IMG/VR virus record: IMGVR_UViG_3300045988_183652 | Span: 1 to 64,000 of that record | DNA length: 64,000 nt | Strand: one strand, 5' to 3' | Source: a virus | Shown: piece by piece, positions 1 through 9,520 of the stretch | Position numbering within the stretch: position 1 is the stretch's first letter | Layout: each line of letters opens with the position of its first letter | Translations under genes and position numbers: made by a program | Notes under the pieces: model-generated | Database searches by the model: none | The model's input: only the letters and a program-made list of their open reading frames with translations | Told to the model about the DNA's origin: nothing

Positions 1-1
1 C

Positions 2-280
2 TACGGTCGCGGAGGACGCCTCAGGAACGCCTACGACGGCGCGGAAGCGGCAGAGAAGGGTGGATACACCCGTAAGGGCGACGAAGCCTATGAGGAGGCT
101 CCCAGAGCCATTCAGGGCTTTATCCGAAAGGTGGGCGAGGGGAGAACGCCGTCCCGTGAGGCGGTGGAGTACGCGGAGGCTCTTGGGTACTCCCTCGCGC
201 CTGACGAAACCTATGTAAAACCATTCATCCGCAGAGTTCTTCGCTTGAAGCAAAAGGAAGCCGAGAACACAAATGGATAA
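2..280 (+). CDS. hypothetical protein, 5'-truncated by window edge
   Basis: Open frame from window edge to TAA at 278-280 (93 codons, no stops), followed by a rho-independent terminator; not in ORF track because it lacks a start in the window. Confidence 0.4.
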   Translation, partial: YGRGGRLRNAYDGAEAAEKGGYTRKGDEAYEEAPRAIQGFIRKVGEGRTPSREAVEYAEALGYSLAPDETYVKPFIRRVLRLKQKEAENTNG

Positions 281-286
281 GCGAAA

Positions 287-322
287 AAGACCGGTGGTGA
301 GCCCATCGGTCTTTTTTTCAAA
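287..322 (+). terminator. rho-independent terminator
   Basis: GACCGGTGG-N-CCATCGGTC hairpin followed by T7 run. Confidence 0.6.
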
Positions 323-391
323 AAAGGAAGCAACCCTTGGGCTGCTTCCTGAGAAATTTTAATTTTGAAATGTATTTGTCTTTGCAGGTTG

Positions 392-958
392 CTATGCGTC
401 CAGCTCGTACACGATAAGCCCAATACTATCAATAAACTGATAGTGGTTCGCATATTCACGCTGGATGAATTCCTCTCCCTTTGCCCTGCCCCACTTATTC
501 TCATCACAGATATCCGTAATCATGTCGGACATGGATTCGTAGATACTGGCAATAGGGGTAACAATGACATTTTCGCGCCTAAACAACCACATCCGCAGCA
601 CCTCGCGGGGAGAGAAAGCCCGACAGAGACTCTGCTCTTCGGGGACAAGGTCGTGCGGCGCACGGGTGCCGTAAATTTCGTGCTGCTTCACAAGGGTCTT
701 GAGGCGAAGCTCTGCCATGTCGAGAAGCCGCTTCGCTGTTTCGGGGTCGTCCCCTCCAAACTCCATAATGGATATCATCACATCCATAAGGGAAAGAGGG
801 TCGTTGACTGCCATTTCTACAGACTTCCGGACAGCGTCGCTTGTGCTGCCTGTGAATTGGCAAACGTCATCAATGAGGTCGTCATTATCTTTCTTGTTCT
901 GTTTTTCTTCGTTGCTGGTTCCGTGCTCATAGATTCTACTGTTCTGTTTTCGCTGCAT
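392..958 (-). CDS. hypothetical acidic protein
   Basis: 188-aa ORF; GGAGG RBS 10 nt upstream of ATG on minus strand; terminator hairpin (GGAAGCAGCccaaGGGTTGCTTCC + T-run) downstream at 319-360. The overlapping + strand ORF 365..967 looks like a low-complexity antisense artefact. Confidence 0.55.
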   Translation of the reverse strand: MQRKQNSRIYEHGTSNEEKQNKKDNDDLIDDVCQFTGSTSDAVRKSVEMAVNDPLSLMDVMISIMEFGGDDPETAKRLLDMAELRLKTLVKQHEIYGTRAPHDLVPEEQSLCRAFSPREVLRMWLFRRENVIVTPIASIYESMSDMITDICDENKWGRAKGEEFIQREYANHYQFIDSIGLIVYELDA

Positions 959-1464
959 TTCCCGTGACCTCCTTCTACGCTGCTACTTTTTCCTTTCTTC
1001 CTTTGAAAACGATGACGGTGGCGTGTTTTGTTCGCCATTCGAGATATTGCTCCCGCGTATTGGGCTGGCAAGAGTACATGGAAATAGCGCTGACAAGCCG
1101 CTGCTTCTATGCCGCAAAAGTGGAGTAAGTGCTTCCTGCGGCAGTGAAAGTCGTCTGCCAGCGCTTATGTTCCATATTCAATATCACTCTACCACGATTA
1201 CACAATTTTGTCAAGTTTACGACTTGTGAAAATTGGAACAATCATGTCTTTCGTGTTGACATTATTCCTAATATAAGCTGTGTTAATTTGTGGGATGTTA
1301 CAGTTTCGTGTAACATCTTTTAATCATTTGTTAAAGGATTCTGCTCGTTTTTGTACTAAATGTAGATATTCTTACCAAATTTTACGTTTTTAGACGTTTT
1401 GCTTTTCTCCCTTACGACTTAAATGATTTTGGCACATGAGCCACCCTTTTTACGCTCCGTGTAC

Positions 1465-1493
1465 TTGACATTATTTTATGTTCGTGCTAATAT
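1465..1493 (+). promoter_or_regulatory. sigma-A-like promoter, family-2 (TTGACA-ttattttatgttcgtgc-TAATAT)
   Basis: Perfect -35 TTGACA, 17-nt spacer, TAATAT -10; same 16-17 nt spacer sequence recurs at 9882, 40621 (+) and 9862, 40458 (-). Confidence 0.55.
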
Positions 1494-1515
1494 GAAATCG
1501 AAGAAATAAGCCCTT

Positions 1516-3828
1516 TTGGGAGCTTTTAACACCTGCTGTGAAAGGTCGTGTTTCCACATTAAACTAATACTGGCTGAAAAGAAACAGCTTGGCGACTTGA
1601 TTGCCCAAGCTATTCCCGGTACAGCACATTATGACCGTGGTGCAACCGTGAAAGGTGAATATGTAATCGTCTGTTCGCAAGGACATCTTCTTTCTCTGAA
1701 GGAGCCTGAGGACTATGATGTCGCGTTTGGGAAATGGGAGTTGTCTGCCTTGCCGATTTATTTCCCGAACTGGCAAACAAAGGTGAAAGAGTATAACGGG
1801 AGAGGCGTGAATCCCAACGAGCGCGTTTCGCGCATTGGGGAGCTTTTGAAGCAGTGTTCCTGTGTAATCCACGCAGGAGACCCTGATGAAGAGGGGCAGC
1901 TTCTTATTGACGAGCTGCTTCGCTGGCACGGTTATCGTGGCCCCGTTTACCGTTTGGCGACGGGCGACACCTCTATCCCTGCGCTGCAGCGTGCGCTCAA
2001 CAACCTCAAGGATAACCGTCTCTTTGAGAACATGGGGTGGTCTGCTTACGCACGGAGCGTTGCCGACCTTATGGTTGGTGTGAATATGAGCCGGTATTAT
2101 TCGCTGGTCAACAATGCTTCGCTGACAGTTGGACGTGTGCAGTCTCCTACCCTTGGGCTTGTGGTCGAGCGTGATATGCTTATCGAAAACCACGTAAAAA
2201 CTAAATACTATGAGGTCTCAGCGAAGACTTCTGTTGAGGGTAAGGTCGTTGAGACGAAGTACAGGCCGAAGAAAGATGACCCTCATCTGACTGACGGGCT
2301 TATCTTGGAAAGACCTTACGCGGAGAGCAAGTCTGCGATGATTTCCGGAAAACAGTTCTCTGGGGCTGCCGTTACAAAAAAGATTTCCAAAGAACAACCG
2401 CCTTTGCCGTTTGATATGCTGGAATTGCAGGGTTACTGTTTGAAGAGTTTCGGCTACAAGCTGGACGACACCATGGAAATCACGCAGTCTTTACGCGATA
2501 ACTACAACGCCATTACATATAACCGTACTCAGGTGCGATATCTCCCCGAAAACTACTTTGCGGAAGCTCCCGCCACCTCCCGTACCGTTATCGCAAACAT
2601 AAACACGGTAGGAAAGGGAAATTTCAACCCTATTCTTGGTATGGACTTCAAGACGAAGGGGCGGTGCTTCGACGATTCTAAAATTGAAGCGCATTTTGGT
2701 ATCATTCCTCAAAATGTGAATCTCGACCTCAACAAGATGACGGAGCGGGAACGAAACGTATATCTTGCCATTTGTAAGTATTATCTTATCCAGTTCTTTC
2801 CGCCCGCTGAGAAGGAAACAACAAAGCTGGTCGTCCCGCTACCGGACGGCGCCACTTTAGAGGCGTCCAGCACTGGTGTGCTGAAACCTGGTTATCTCGT
2901 GATGATGCGCGAAGGTGTAGATACGCCCACAGCGTTGAGTATGATACCCGCCGGCAGTTACGATGCTTTTATTTCCGACGCTCAGGTCTTAGAGAAGGAA
3001 ACAAATCCCCCTCCTCGTTACACACAGTACACGCTGGCGAAGGATATGAGCCGTATTGCCAAGTATGTTACAGACCCATTCATCAAGAGCACTCTGCTGA
3101 AGAAAGATGCCGACGTGGAGGAGAATAACGGGGCTATCGGCACCAGCGCAACACGGGACCAGATAATCTCCGGTCTCATTTCAAGAGGGTTCTTGCAGGA
3201 AAAGGGGAAGTCCCTTATTTCCACTCCGCTTGGACGCGAGTTGTATCGCATTCTCCCCGATTCCCTTCGTGGACCGGACCTCACCGCCTTGTGGTGGGTC
3301 ATCCAAGAGGAGATACATGAGGGAAAGGCGACGCCGGAGAAGCTGGAACAAAATGTTCTGGCTATGCTCAAAGATTTCCTGCAGCAACCGCATCCTAAAG
3401 TGGACCCCAACATTGTCCCGACAAGGAAGGGATTCACGCCGATAGGAGTCTGTCCTCGCTGTGGTGGGAACATCATAGAGGGGAAAATGGGCTTTGGTTG
3501 TTCCAACTGGAAGAGTGGATGTAAGTTTACAATCTGGAAAAAGCCAAAACCAACCCTGTTCCAGCACATCACATTCACAGAGAAGGATGTCAAAAACTTC
3601 CTCGCCGGAAAACCTGTCCATAAGACGAAGCTGACCAAGAAGGACGGCGGTACATTTGCGGCAGACCTTGTGATGGATGACAGTCAGCGCAGTGATTGGG
3701 GCCCGAACTTTACGCTTCAGTTCAACAGCACCAAACCCGCAGGAGCCTCCTCGCGCTCTGGTGGTCGTTCCGGTAGTCGCAGTACGTCGCGTGGTTCTTC
3801 GCGGAGTCGGCGCTCTGGACATCGGTGA
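1516..3828 (+). CDS. topB: DNA topoisomerase III (type IA) with C-terminal zinc ribbon and RGG/SR-rich tail
   Basis: N-terminal Toprim-like motif (ILAEKKQLGDLIAQAI), a long type IA topoisomerase core, a C-terminal CPRCGG...GFGCSNWKSGC zinc ribbon and an SRSGGRSGSRS tail. No canonical start codon lies in frame between 1516 and the conserved ILAEK motif, so the true start is uncertain. Confidence 0.8.
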   Translation: MGAFNTCCERSCFHIKLILAEKKQLGDLIAQAIPGTAHYDRGATVKGEYVIVCSQGHLLSLKEPEDYDVAFGKWELSALPIYFPNWQTKVKEYNGRGVNPNERVSRIGELLKQCSCVIHAGDPDEEGQLLIDELLRWHGYRGPVYRLATGDTSIPALQRALNNLKDNRLFENMGWSAYARSVADLMVGVNMSRYYSLVNNASLTVGRVQSPTLGLVVERDMLIENHVKTKYYEVSAKTSVEGKVVETKYRPKKDDPHLTDGLILERPYAESKSAMISGKQFSGAAVTKKISKEQPPLPFDMLELQGYCLKSFGYKLDDTMEITQSLRDNYNAITYNRTQVRYLPENYFAEAPATSRTVIANINTVGKGNFNPILGMDFKTKGRCFDDSKIEAHFGIIPQNVNLDLNKMTERERNVYLAICKYYLIQFFPPAEKETTKLVVPLPDGATLEASSTGVLKPGYLVMMREGVDTPTALSMIPAGSYDAFISDAQVLEKETNPPPRYTQYTLAKDMSRIAKYVTDPFIKSTLLKKDADVEENNGAIGTSATRDQIISGLISRGFLQEKGKSLISTPLGRELYRILPDSLRGPDLTALWWVIQEEIHEGKATPEKLEQNVLAMLKDFLQQPHPKVDPNIVPTRKGFTPIGVCPRCGGNIIEGKMGFGCSNWKSGCKFTIWKKPKPTLFQHITFTEKDVKNFLAGKPVHKTKLTKKDGGTFAADLVMDDSQRSDWGPNFTLQFNSTKPAGASSRSGGRSGSRSTSRGSSRSRRSGHR

Positions 3829-3921
3829 TGCTGCATCATAGTTGACATTTTAACATAGTCTATGGTATAGTACAAGTGTTCTATTCTACAAAGATGTACC
3901 AGAACATTTGTTCAAGATGCT

Positions 3922-3969
3922 TGTTATTTACCTGTGATTTCCGATATAAATAACAAGAATCTTGTTATT
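3922..3969 (+). promoter_or_regulatory. promoter with 21-bp perfect palindromic operator
   Basis: TTGTTA (-35, 3922) - 18 nt - TATAAA (-10, 3946) overlapping the perfect inverted repeat AATAACAAGA-a-TCTTGTTATT (3949-3969). A half-site copy GCTTGTTATTT lies at 3920. Confidence 0.5.
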
Positions 3970-4006
3970 GTGCTATACCCCGTTCAAAACATTAGGAGGT
4001 GAACCA

Positions 4007-4555
4007 TTGGACGGGCGAACCCATACTTTTGCCGGATACACGGCAGGATTACTTCTTGTGCAGGCACAAATCTTCGGAGCATTTGGACTTCCGGCGCCGG
4101 ACGGCATTCTTCCGTGTGTCGGAATGGTTGGACTGTCCATGGCGGGCTCCCTCGCGCCTGACATAGACCTTCCGCGTAGCAGAGCAGGACGACGCAATAG
4201 ACCCGTGTCCGCTGCCGTAAATGCTCTTTTTGGGCATAGGGGTATTACCCATGCGCCCTTCATTTGGGCGGCGCTGTACGCGGCCTTGAAGCTGCTCTTG
4301 GGTGCTGAATGGTTGACCTATATCCTTGCGTTTGTTATTGGTGGAGCAACTCATATTTTGCTCGACCTTTTCAATAAAGCCGGCGTTCCTTTGCTTTGGC
4401 CGATATCCCATCGCTTCTGGATATTCGGTATAAAGACGGACAGTGCTGCTGGTCACGCATTTTCTTTTGTATTGGCGTGTGTCGCAGTTCTTTGTACCAT
4501 CAATTTCTTCTACGAAGCCGGCGACTACTTAAAGGAGGCGATTTGGTTTGTTTGA
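4007..4555 (+). CDS. DUF457 / YdjM-like membrane-bound metal-dependent hydrolase
   Basis: TTG start at 4007 with AGGAGGT RBS 7 nt upstream (ORF track start 3962 is upstream of the RBS); polytopic hydrophobic protein with a THILLDLFNKAGVPLLWP motif typical of DUF457. Confidence 0.6.
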   Translation: MDGRTHTFAGYTAGLLLVQAQIFGAFGLPAPDGILPCVGMVGLSMAGSLAPDIDLPRSRAGRRNRPVSAAVNALFGHRGITHAPFIWAALYAALKLLLGAEWLTYILAFVIGGATHILLDLFNKAGVPLLWPISHRFWIFGIKTDSAAGHAFSFVLACVAVLCTINFFYEAGDYLKEAIWFV

Positions 4556-5258
4556 CGCTACAACAACAAAGTCTGAAAACGCACAATGGGGTGAGCGCAT
4601 GGCGACGTATATTGCGCTGATGCGGTGGAACGGCTACTCTGTGCAGGAAATTGCTGATACCTTTGGCATTTCCCGGCAGCAGGTGTATCTGCATCTGCAG
4701 AAGATTCCTTTTCCTAATGATAAGGCCAAAAGGTATCCCCGTCCCGCACTGAATGAAGAGCAGGTAAGGTCTGTGGTCGGTTTTTTTGTCGCGAATAAGG
4801 ACGCGCCCATATCCGCCGCTTCAGAGACAACGGGTATTCCTGTTGCGGATGTTGTGATGCTTTGCAACAATATCCGTGGCGCTCATTCGTGGTATTTCAG
4901 CGAGGGTTATCCTCTCATTGCGGATTATCTGAACAGGGAGGGAGTTACGCTTGATTATCTGGAACAGATGGCTGGCGTTCAGGGACTCGCACAGTATGTT
5001 TTTTCCACATACCCTTACAAGGAGATGCCGAAGGCTCGTGCTGCTGCGGTAGCCGCAGTAATTGACGTTCCCGCAGACAAGCTGATGGAGGTGGCTGTTG
5101 CGTCCGGAAATATGGCCACAGGTGTGGCAACATCGGATGAAATGGCATTGGTCATCGGCTCAGTAACCGGACGCGAAGCGAACTCGCGGCTCTTTTTCCG
5201 TGGACGCCGTATCAAACCTTCTTTCTCTGCAACTGGAGGTGGTTCTTGTGGTGAATAA
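4548..5258 (+). CDS. hypothetical protein with putative HTH (YSVQEIADTFGISRQQVYLHL)
   Basis: TTG start with AAAGGAGG RBS 9 nt upstream; overlaps the stop of the upstream gene by 8 nt (operon). Confidence 0.5.
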   Translation: MFDATTTKSENAQWGERMATYIALMRWNGYSVQEIADTFGISRQQVYLHLQKIPFPNDKAKRYPRPALNEEQVRSVVGFFVANKDAPISAASETTGIPVADVVMLCNNIRGAHSWYFSEGYPLIADYLNREGVTLDYLEQMAGVQGLAQYVFSTYPYKEMPKARAAAVAAVIDVPADKLMEVAVASGNMATGVATSDEMALVIGSVTGREANSRLFFRGRRIKPSFSATGGGSCGE

Positions 5259-5781
5259 ATCTGAGCCTGACCTCCAGAGCGATATCGTCGCCGATACTCG
5301 CGATTATCCTGAAGCTCTGCAGCGCCTCACGATGAAGGGAATCTTGATGGCCGGTGCCATTGTGGTTATCCTCATTGCAACGCTTTGCCTGCAGAAGTCC
5401 GAATTGAAGGCAATGCTTCCCTTTGCCGGCGTTATCCTCTTGCTGGCAGGATATGTTGTCTATTCTGCCCTACACTTGCGAACAGAATGGCAGAATGGGG
5501 ACATCGTGTGTCATATTGCTTTGTGCCGCTCTGTGCGGTCTCGGTCATGGCCACGGGACAGCAAAGAGGTTGTTTTTGTAACAGGGGAAGACGAAGGTCA
5601 AGAGGCCCATGTGTTTAATCTTCCTGACCGCAAGAACAAAGACCTGTATCCCGGCTTTAAGTACACCATCTATGTTCGTGCAAGAGATAATACGCATCTC
5701 TTGGCCTACAAAGAAATCTATGTGCCTTCCGATGCGAAGGACACAGAAGAAGTCAAGTCGGAGCTTTCTTCAGAAAAGTGA
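5200..5781 (+). CDS. hypothetical membrane protein
   Basis: ORF with two predicted TM helices. The true start is probably downstream, at GTG ~5250 or ATG 5332, because the 5' end overlaps the previous gene. Followed by a terminator. Confidence 0.4.
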   Translation: MDAVSNLLSLQLEVVLVVNKSEPDLQSDIVADTRDYPEALQRLTMKGILMAGAIVVILIATLCLQKSELKAMLPFAGVILLLAGYVVYSALHLRTEWQNGDIVCHIALCRSVRSRSWPRDSKEVVFVTGEDEGQEAHVFNLPDRKNKDLYPGFKYTIYVRARDNTHLLAYKEIYVPSDAKDTEEVKSELSSEK

Positions 5782-5782
5782 A

Positions 5783-5850
5783 AAAAGCCGGCCTACGGGC
5801 CGGTTTTTTGCGTTTAGAAGAGGCCTTGCCTTGTGGCAAGACCTCTTTCG
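5783..5850. terminator. two back-to-back terminator hairpins between convergent genes
   Basis: AAAAAAGCCGGCC-tacg-GGCCGGTTTTTT (5783-5812) and GAGGCCTTGCC-ttgt-GGCAAGACCTC (5817-5848). Confidence 0.6.
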
Positions 5851-5861
5851 TGTTGTGAAAG

Positions 5862-6308
5862 TTAATTGAAAAAGAAGGGCCTTCCGATTTCTGCATCCTC
5901 CTGAGGTTCAGACTCTTCCGGAGTAAAGGCGTTTTCCGGCGTATTGGCCTCGTTCACAAGGCCATCATCGCTGTCCTCGTCTTCTGTGGCTTCCGCTGCA
6001 ACAGGGGTCACGCCCCAGTTGAGAATAGCCTCATCCTCCTCGGACAGTGCAATACGCTGCCTTTCAGCGGTATCGCGGATTTTCTTGACCATTTTTTCGC
6101 GGAAGTTTTTCATGGCGGACTGGATACGTGTCGCGGCCTGTTCATCTACAACGATAGCAGGCTTTTTACGGCTTTTTGCCGATACCGTAAAGGCGTTATC
6201 CTTTGCAGCGATATCTAACATCGTATTGATGTCTGCGACTGCTTTTAGTCCGTCTGAGACCTGCTGGAGTGCCTGCTGCTGCTTGGAATCACTGATAATT
6301 GCGGGCAT
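5862..6308 (-). CDS. hypothetical acidic protein
   Basis: 148-aa ORF, last gene of the minus-strand operon 9853->5862. Confidence 0.45.
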   Translation of the reverse strand: MPAIISDSKQQQALQQVSDGLKAVADINTMLDIAAKDNAFTVSAKSRKKPAIVVDEQAATRIQSAMKNFREKMVKKIRDTAERQRIALSEEDEAILNWGVTPVAAEATEDEDSDDGLVNEANTPENAFTPEESEPQEDAEIGRPFFFN

Positions 6309-6331
6309 GATTTATCTCTCCTTTTCTTTTT

Positions 6332-7018
6332 TTAGTTAGCGAGTGCGGTATCTGTCTCAGTATCGGCGCCTTCAATGACCGCGCTCATATCTGCGAGGTA
6401 GTAAACATCCGCTGCCTTGTCGTAGTTGATGTGTGCGATAAAGCTGCCAAGGTCTTCGCCCGTAGCCTTATCACATACGCGGATTGTCAGCGTTTCATTG
6501 CCGTTATATCCATCCACAAGAATGGAGTCCTGCCACGCAACACCGAATTTGTTTACATCGCGGTAGGTCGCGTCAATTCCCAGCACATCGTCATACCAAG
6601 TAAAGGCTGCAATACTGTTGGTATCCATTGTGTAAAAATCTTGCCGCTTGACCGTTGCGTATTCTTCCGGCATAAAGTATAGGGGATATGTCGTACGCTC
6701 GCACTTGATATAGAACGCCGCACCGTTGGGGTCGTTGCAGGTGGGATTCAAGTAGATGGCGTTGACGCCGGCATCCTTGTCGCCCATACCCAGCGTGACC
6801 TCATAGCCGGATTCCAGCGTACAGCTCAACTTGATGTCGTTGCGGTACTTGCCATCCCCGATATATCCTTGGGAGTCCTCTTCACCGTCGGGGATGGGTT
6901 CGGGATTTTCGAGGTTGTACTGAGGTTCGCCGGTGTCCTCATCTTTATCTTTCTTTCCACAGCCCACAATGGTCAGAGCCATAAGCACGGCCAGAGTCAA
7001 TGCGATGAACTTCTTCAT
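6332..7018 (-). CDS. lipoprotein
   Basis: Signal peptide MKKFIALTLAVLMALTIVGC with lipobox (IVGC) then a K/D/E-rich linker. Confidence 0.6.
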   Translation of the reverse strand: MKKFIALTLAVLMALTIVGCGKKDKDEDTGEPQYNLENPEPIPDGEEDSQGYIGDGKYRNDIKLSCTLESGYEVTLGMGDKDAGVNAIYLNPTCNDPNGAAFYIKCERTTYPLYFMPEEYATVKRQDFYTMDTNSIAAFTWYDDVLGIDATYRDVNKFGVAWQDSILVDGYNGNETLTIRVCDKATGEDLGSFIAHINYDKAADVYYLADMSAVIEGADTETDTALAN

Positions 7019-7041
7019 ATAGGATTCCTCCTTACGGATTT

Positions 7042-8535
7042 TTACTGTACGGGGTTCGTGTTCTGAGGTGCGGTATCACCGCAGAGCACGCGGTCTACAA
7101 ATTGGCAGATGTTGAGCTGTGCGGCGCGTTCGGGAGTGTTTGCTTCCAGCTCCTCCAGTAGCTCCACGGTCGTAACCGTACCGCTGGTAAGTGTTGCATC
7201 TGCACCAGTGACCATGGCTGCGTCATACACGGTTGCAGCCTTTTCTGTCATACGGAATCTTACGATGGAGGGAACCATTTTTGCGATGCTAACATGGTTT
7301 TTCACATACTGTGTCAACTCGCCCTGCGGGATTGCTCCCAGCTTGGCATAGACATCAAACAGCAGCGTTCCGTCGGCGTTCAGGAGGTCGCTTACCACCG
7401 CATTCAGCTTAATGGTTTCATGCCTCCGGTTATGCTCGTCCTTATCGCTGATGGTGTACTCGATAGTGGGGTCATCCGCATAGAGTTCCTCGCGCAACGC
7501 GGGGTTGTTGTCGTCCACTGTGCGATTGATGGTAATGACAGCCTCGCGTCCAAACATGAGGAAGCTGGTATCCGTTTCCCACAGATAATCTCGCACATCT
7601 TCCTCATCAGTGGCCAGCCAAGGGTTGACGGCAACTGATGTTCCTCCTGTGCTGTTTACACTGAACTGGTCGATGCGGAGAATTTGACCGGCGCCGATAT
7701 ATTCAGTCGCGTATTTTCCCACCACAGTGGATGCCATGTCCACATTACACAGCTTGGAGCCAATGGCCACAGCGCAGTTGTAGACGTCGGCAGGAATGGT
7801 TGCTACGGCAAGATTATCCTTAGAGAACTGCGTTCCCGGCAGTATATCGTCTGTGACCTGAATCACCTGCACGCTATCTCCATGAACGTAGGACGTGGAA
7901 ACTGTCGTTCCATCAGAACGCTGGAGCGTCGTGGGGTACTGAAACCCGATAGGTGCAGAGCGGTTGGCCAGCGTGGTGTAGACGCAGAAGACAATAGCGG
8001 CACCGGCAATGATAGCTGCAGCAGGATAAACGACCTTTTTCAGAAACCGCTTCCCTTTACTTACAGGGACCATGCTCGTTCCTGCCGCATCACTTGCGGA
8101 TACGTTCTTTTCCGCCGGTTTGCGCTTCTGCTGCTTTTTCTGCTCCTTTTCCCGCAGTCTCTCGGCCTTCAGCCGTTCTTCCTCCTGCCGCTTGAGCTCG
8201 CGCCAGTCGGGGGTTTCTGCCGTGCCTGAGCTGGGCGTGTCGGTGCTGTGAGTGGGGGATTCCGTGCTCCGAGAGGCTTCCTTTTTCTCAGGTGCGGAAG
8301 GGGGCGCGTCGTCGCCGCCGTTTGCAGCGGGAACAACGATAGTCGTCTGCTTCTTTGCGCTACCAACGCGGCCAGTCAGCTCTCCGTCCTCCCTGCACTC
8401 GTAGAAGCGACTATTGGCGTCATCGAAATATCCGGTACAGATATTCCCAGCACCCAGCTTAAACTGGCGCTTAGGCAGCTTTTTGATTTGTGCGACTTCC
8501 TCAGCAGTGAAAGTCCATGTGTTATCTCTCGCCAT
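7042..8535 (-). CDS. membrane-anchored hypothetical protein (single mid-protein TM, K/E-rich charged region)
   Basis: 497-aa ORF in operon; coiled-coil-like KRQEEERLKAERLREKEQKK segment then TM helix AAAIIAGAAIVFCVY. Confidence 0.5.
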   Translation of the reverse strand: MARDNTWTFTAEEVAQIKKLPKRQFKLGAGNICTGYFDDANSRFYECREDGELTGRVGSAKKQTTIVVPAANGGDDAPPSAPEKKEASRSTESPTHSTDTPSSGTAETPDWRELKRQEEERLKAERLREKEQKKQQKRKPAEKNVSASDAAGTSMVPVSKGKRFLKKVVYPAAAIIAGAAIVFCVYTTLANRSAPIGFQYPTTLQRSDGTTVSTSYVHGDSVQVIQVTDDILPGTQFSKDNLAVATIPADVYNCAVAIGSKLCNVDMASTVVGKYATEYIGAGQILRIDQFSVNSTGGTSVAVNPWLATDEEDVRDYLWETDTSFLMFGREAVITINRTVDDNNPALREELYADDPTIEYTISDKDEHNRRHETIKLNAVVSDLLNADGTLLFDVYAKLGAIPQGELTQYVKNHVSIAKMVPSIVRFRMTEKAATVYDAAMVTGADATLTSGTVTTVELLEELEANTPERAAQLNICQFVDRVLCGDTAPQNTNPVQ

Positions 8536-8559
8536 ATGGCATCATCTTCCTTTCTCTGT

Positions 8560-9015
8560 TTAGCCCTCAAATCCCAATGCTTTCATCACCGCTATTGCAG
8601 CGATAATTGGGATAATATACATAAGAAGTTTTGATGGGCTTGAACTTACATCAGCTTCTGAAAAGACTTTGCCGTTATCGTAGTAGAGAGTAATTTTCAA
8701 AGGCGGCATACTATTTGAAGTCACAACCGTTTTTGTGTGCAAGCCATCAAGCTCATATTCGTATGTGGCTACATAATTTCTTGCACCAGAGCTCTTTTCG
8801 TGATAACGACATTTTACCTGTGTTGCAGAAAGCATATGCCCGCTTTCTTTTGCCTTCGCTATTTTTTTCTCGCCTCTCGAAAAAATGATTCCTTTTTTGT
8901 ATAAAACGATTTCAATAGCAAAAACAACGATAGCAGTAAAAACTCCTATCCAGACAGCAGGGTCATACGCCAGCAACTGTTCCCACGCTTCTTTGAGTCC
9001 AATTTGATTGTTCAT
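8560..9015 (-). CDS. small membrane protein
   Basis: 151-aa ORF with an N-proximal TM helix; in operon. Confidence 0.45.
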   Translation of the reverse strand: MNNQIGLKEAWEQLLAYDPAVWIGVFTAIVVFAIEIVLYKKGIIFSRGEKKIAKAKESGHMLSATQVKCRYHEKSSGARNYVATYEYELDGLHTKTVVTSNSMPPLKITLYYDNGKVFSEADVSSSPSKLLMYIIPIIAAIAVMKALGFEG

Positions 9016-9033
9016 ACAACTCTCCCAATTCTA

Positions 9034-9465
9034 TCAACCTACAGTCTCATCAGCCTTGGCTGAAACAGGTTTTTTTAAGAATGGGTTCGGTCCGGGGAAT
9101 TCGCCCTTGTACTCTGTGGCGTCAAAAGCAAGAATTGCAAGGACGATGAGCTGGAAGAAAATCATCCAAATAAAAAGTTTAGGGGTGTGGTAGCTGGTGC
9201 GACCTTGATATTCGACGCCAAGCATAGGTATGAACTTCACCCATATGATAATCCACATGATGAGGTTTACACCCGGTATGAGCATCAGCCATATATAGCG
9301 AAGGTTCCCAAAAACGGAATAGAATAGGCAAATGATGTTATACACGGGGATAAGCCCCGCCCAAATGGGATACTTGGCCTTTTTAAGAATAAAGGCAAGA
9401 AATATGCAGGTGGCAACGGTTCGGCCTACAATCCAAAGCAGGCGAAGAGTTTCATAGTGATTCAT
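9034..9465 (-). CDS. polytopic membrane protein
   Basis: 143-aa ORF with ~4 hydrophobic helices. Confidence 0.45.
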   Translation of the reverse strand: MNHYETLRLLWIVGRTVATCIFLAFILKKAKYPIWAGLIPVYNIICLFYSVFGNLRYIWLMLIPGVNLIMWIIIWVKFIPMLGVEYQGRTSYHTPKLFIWMIFFQLIVLAILAFDATEYKGEFPGPNPFLKKPVSAKADETVG

Positions 9466-9520
9466 AGTTTTGTCCTTTCAGTGTGGAGGCGTAGTTGACA
9501 GCCTCAGTGGGTTTAGTAGG

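Noticed and set aside
365-967. 200-aa plus-strand ORF (MKCICLCRLLC...)
   Set aside because: Low-complexity, hydrophobic/Cys-rich translation lying antisense to the better-supported minus-strand gene 392..958, which has a GGAGG RBS and terminator. It is an antisense shadow ORF.
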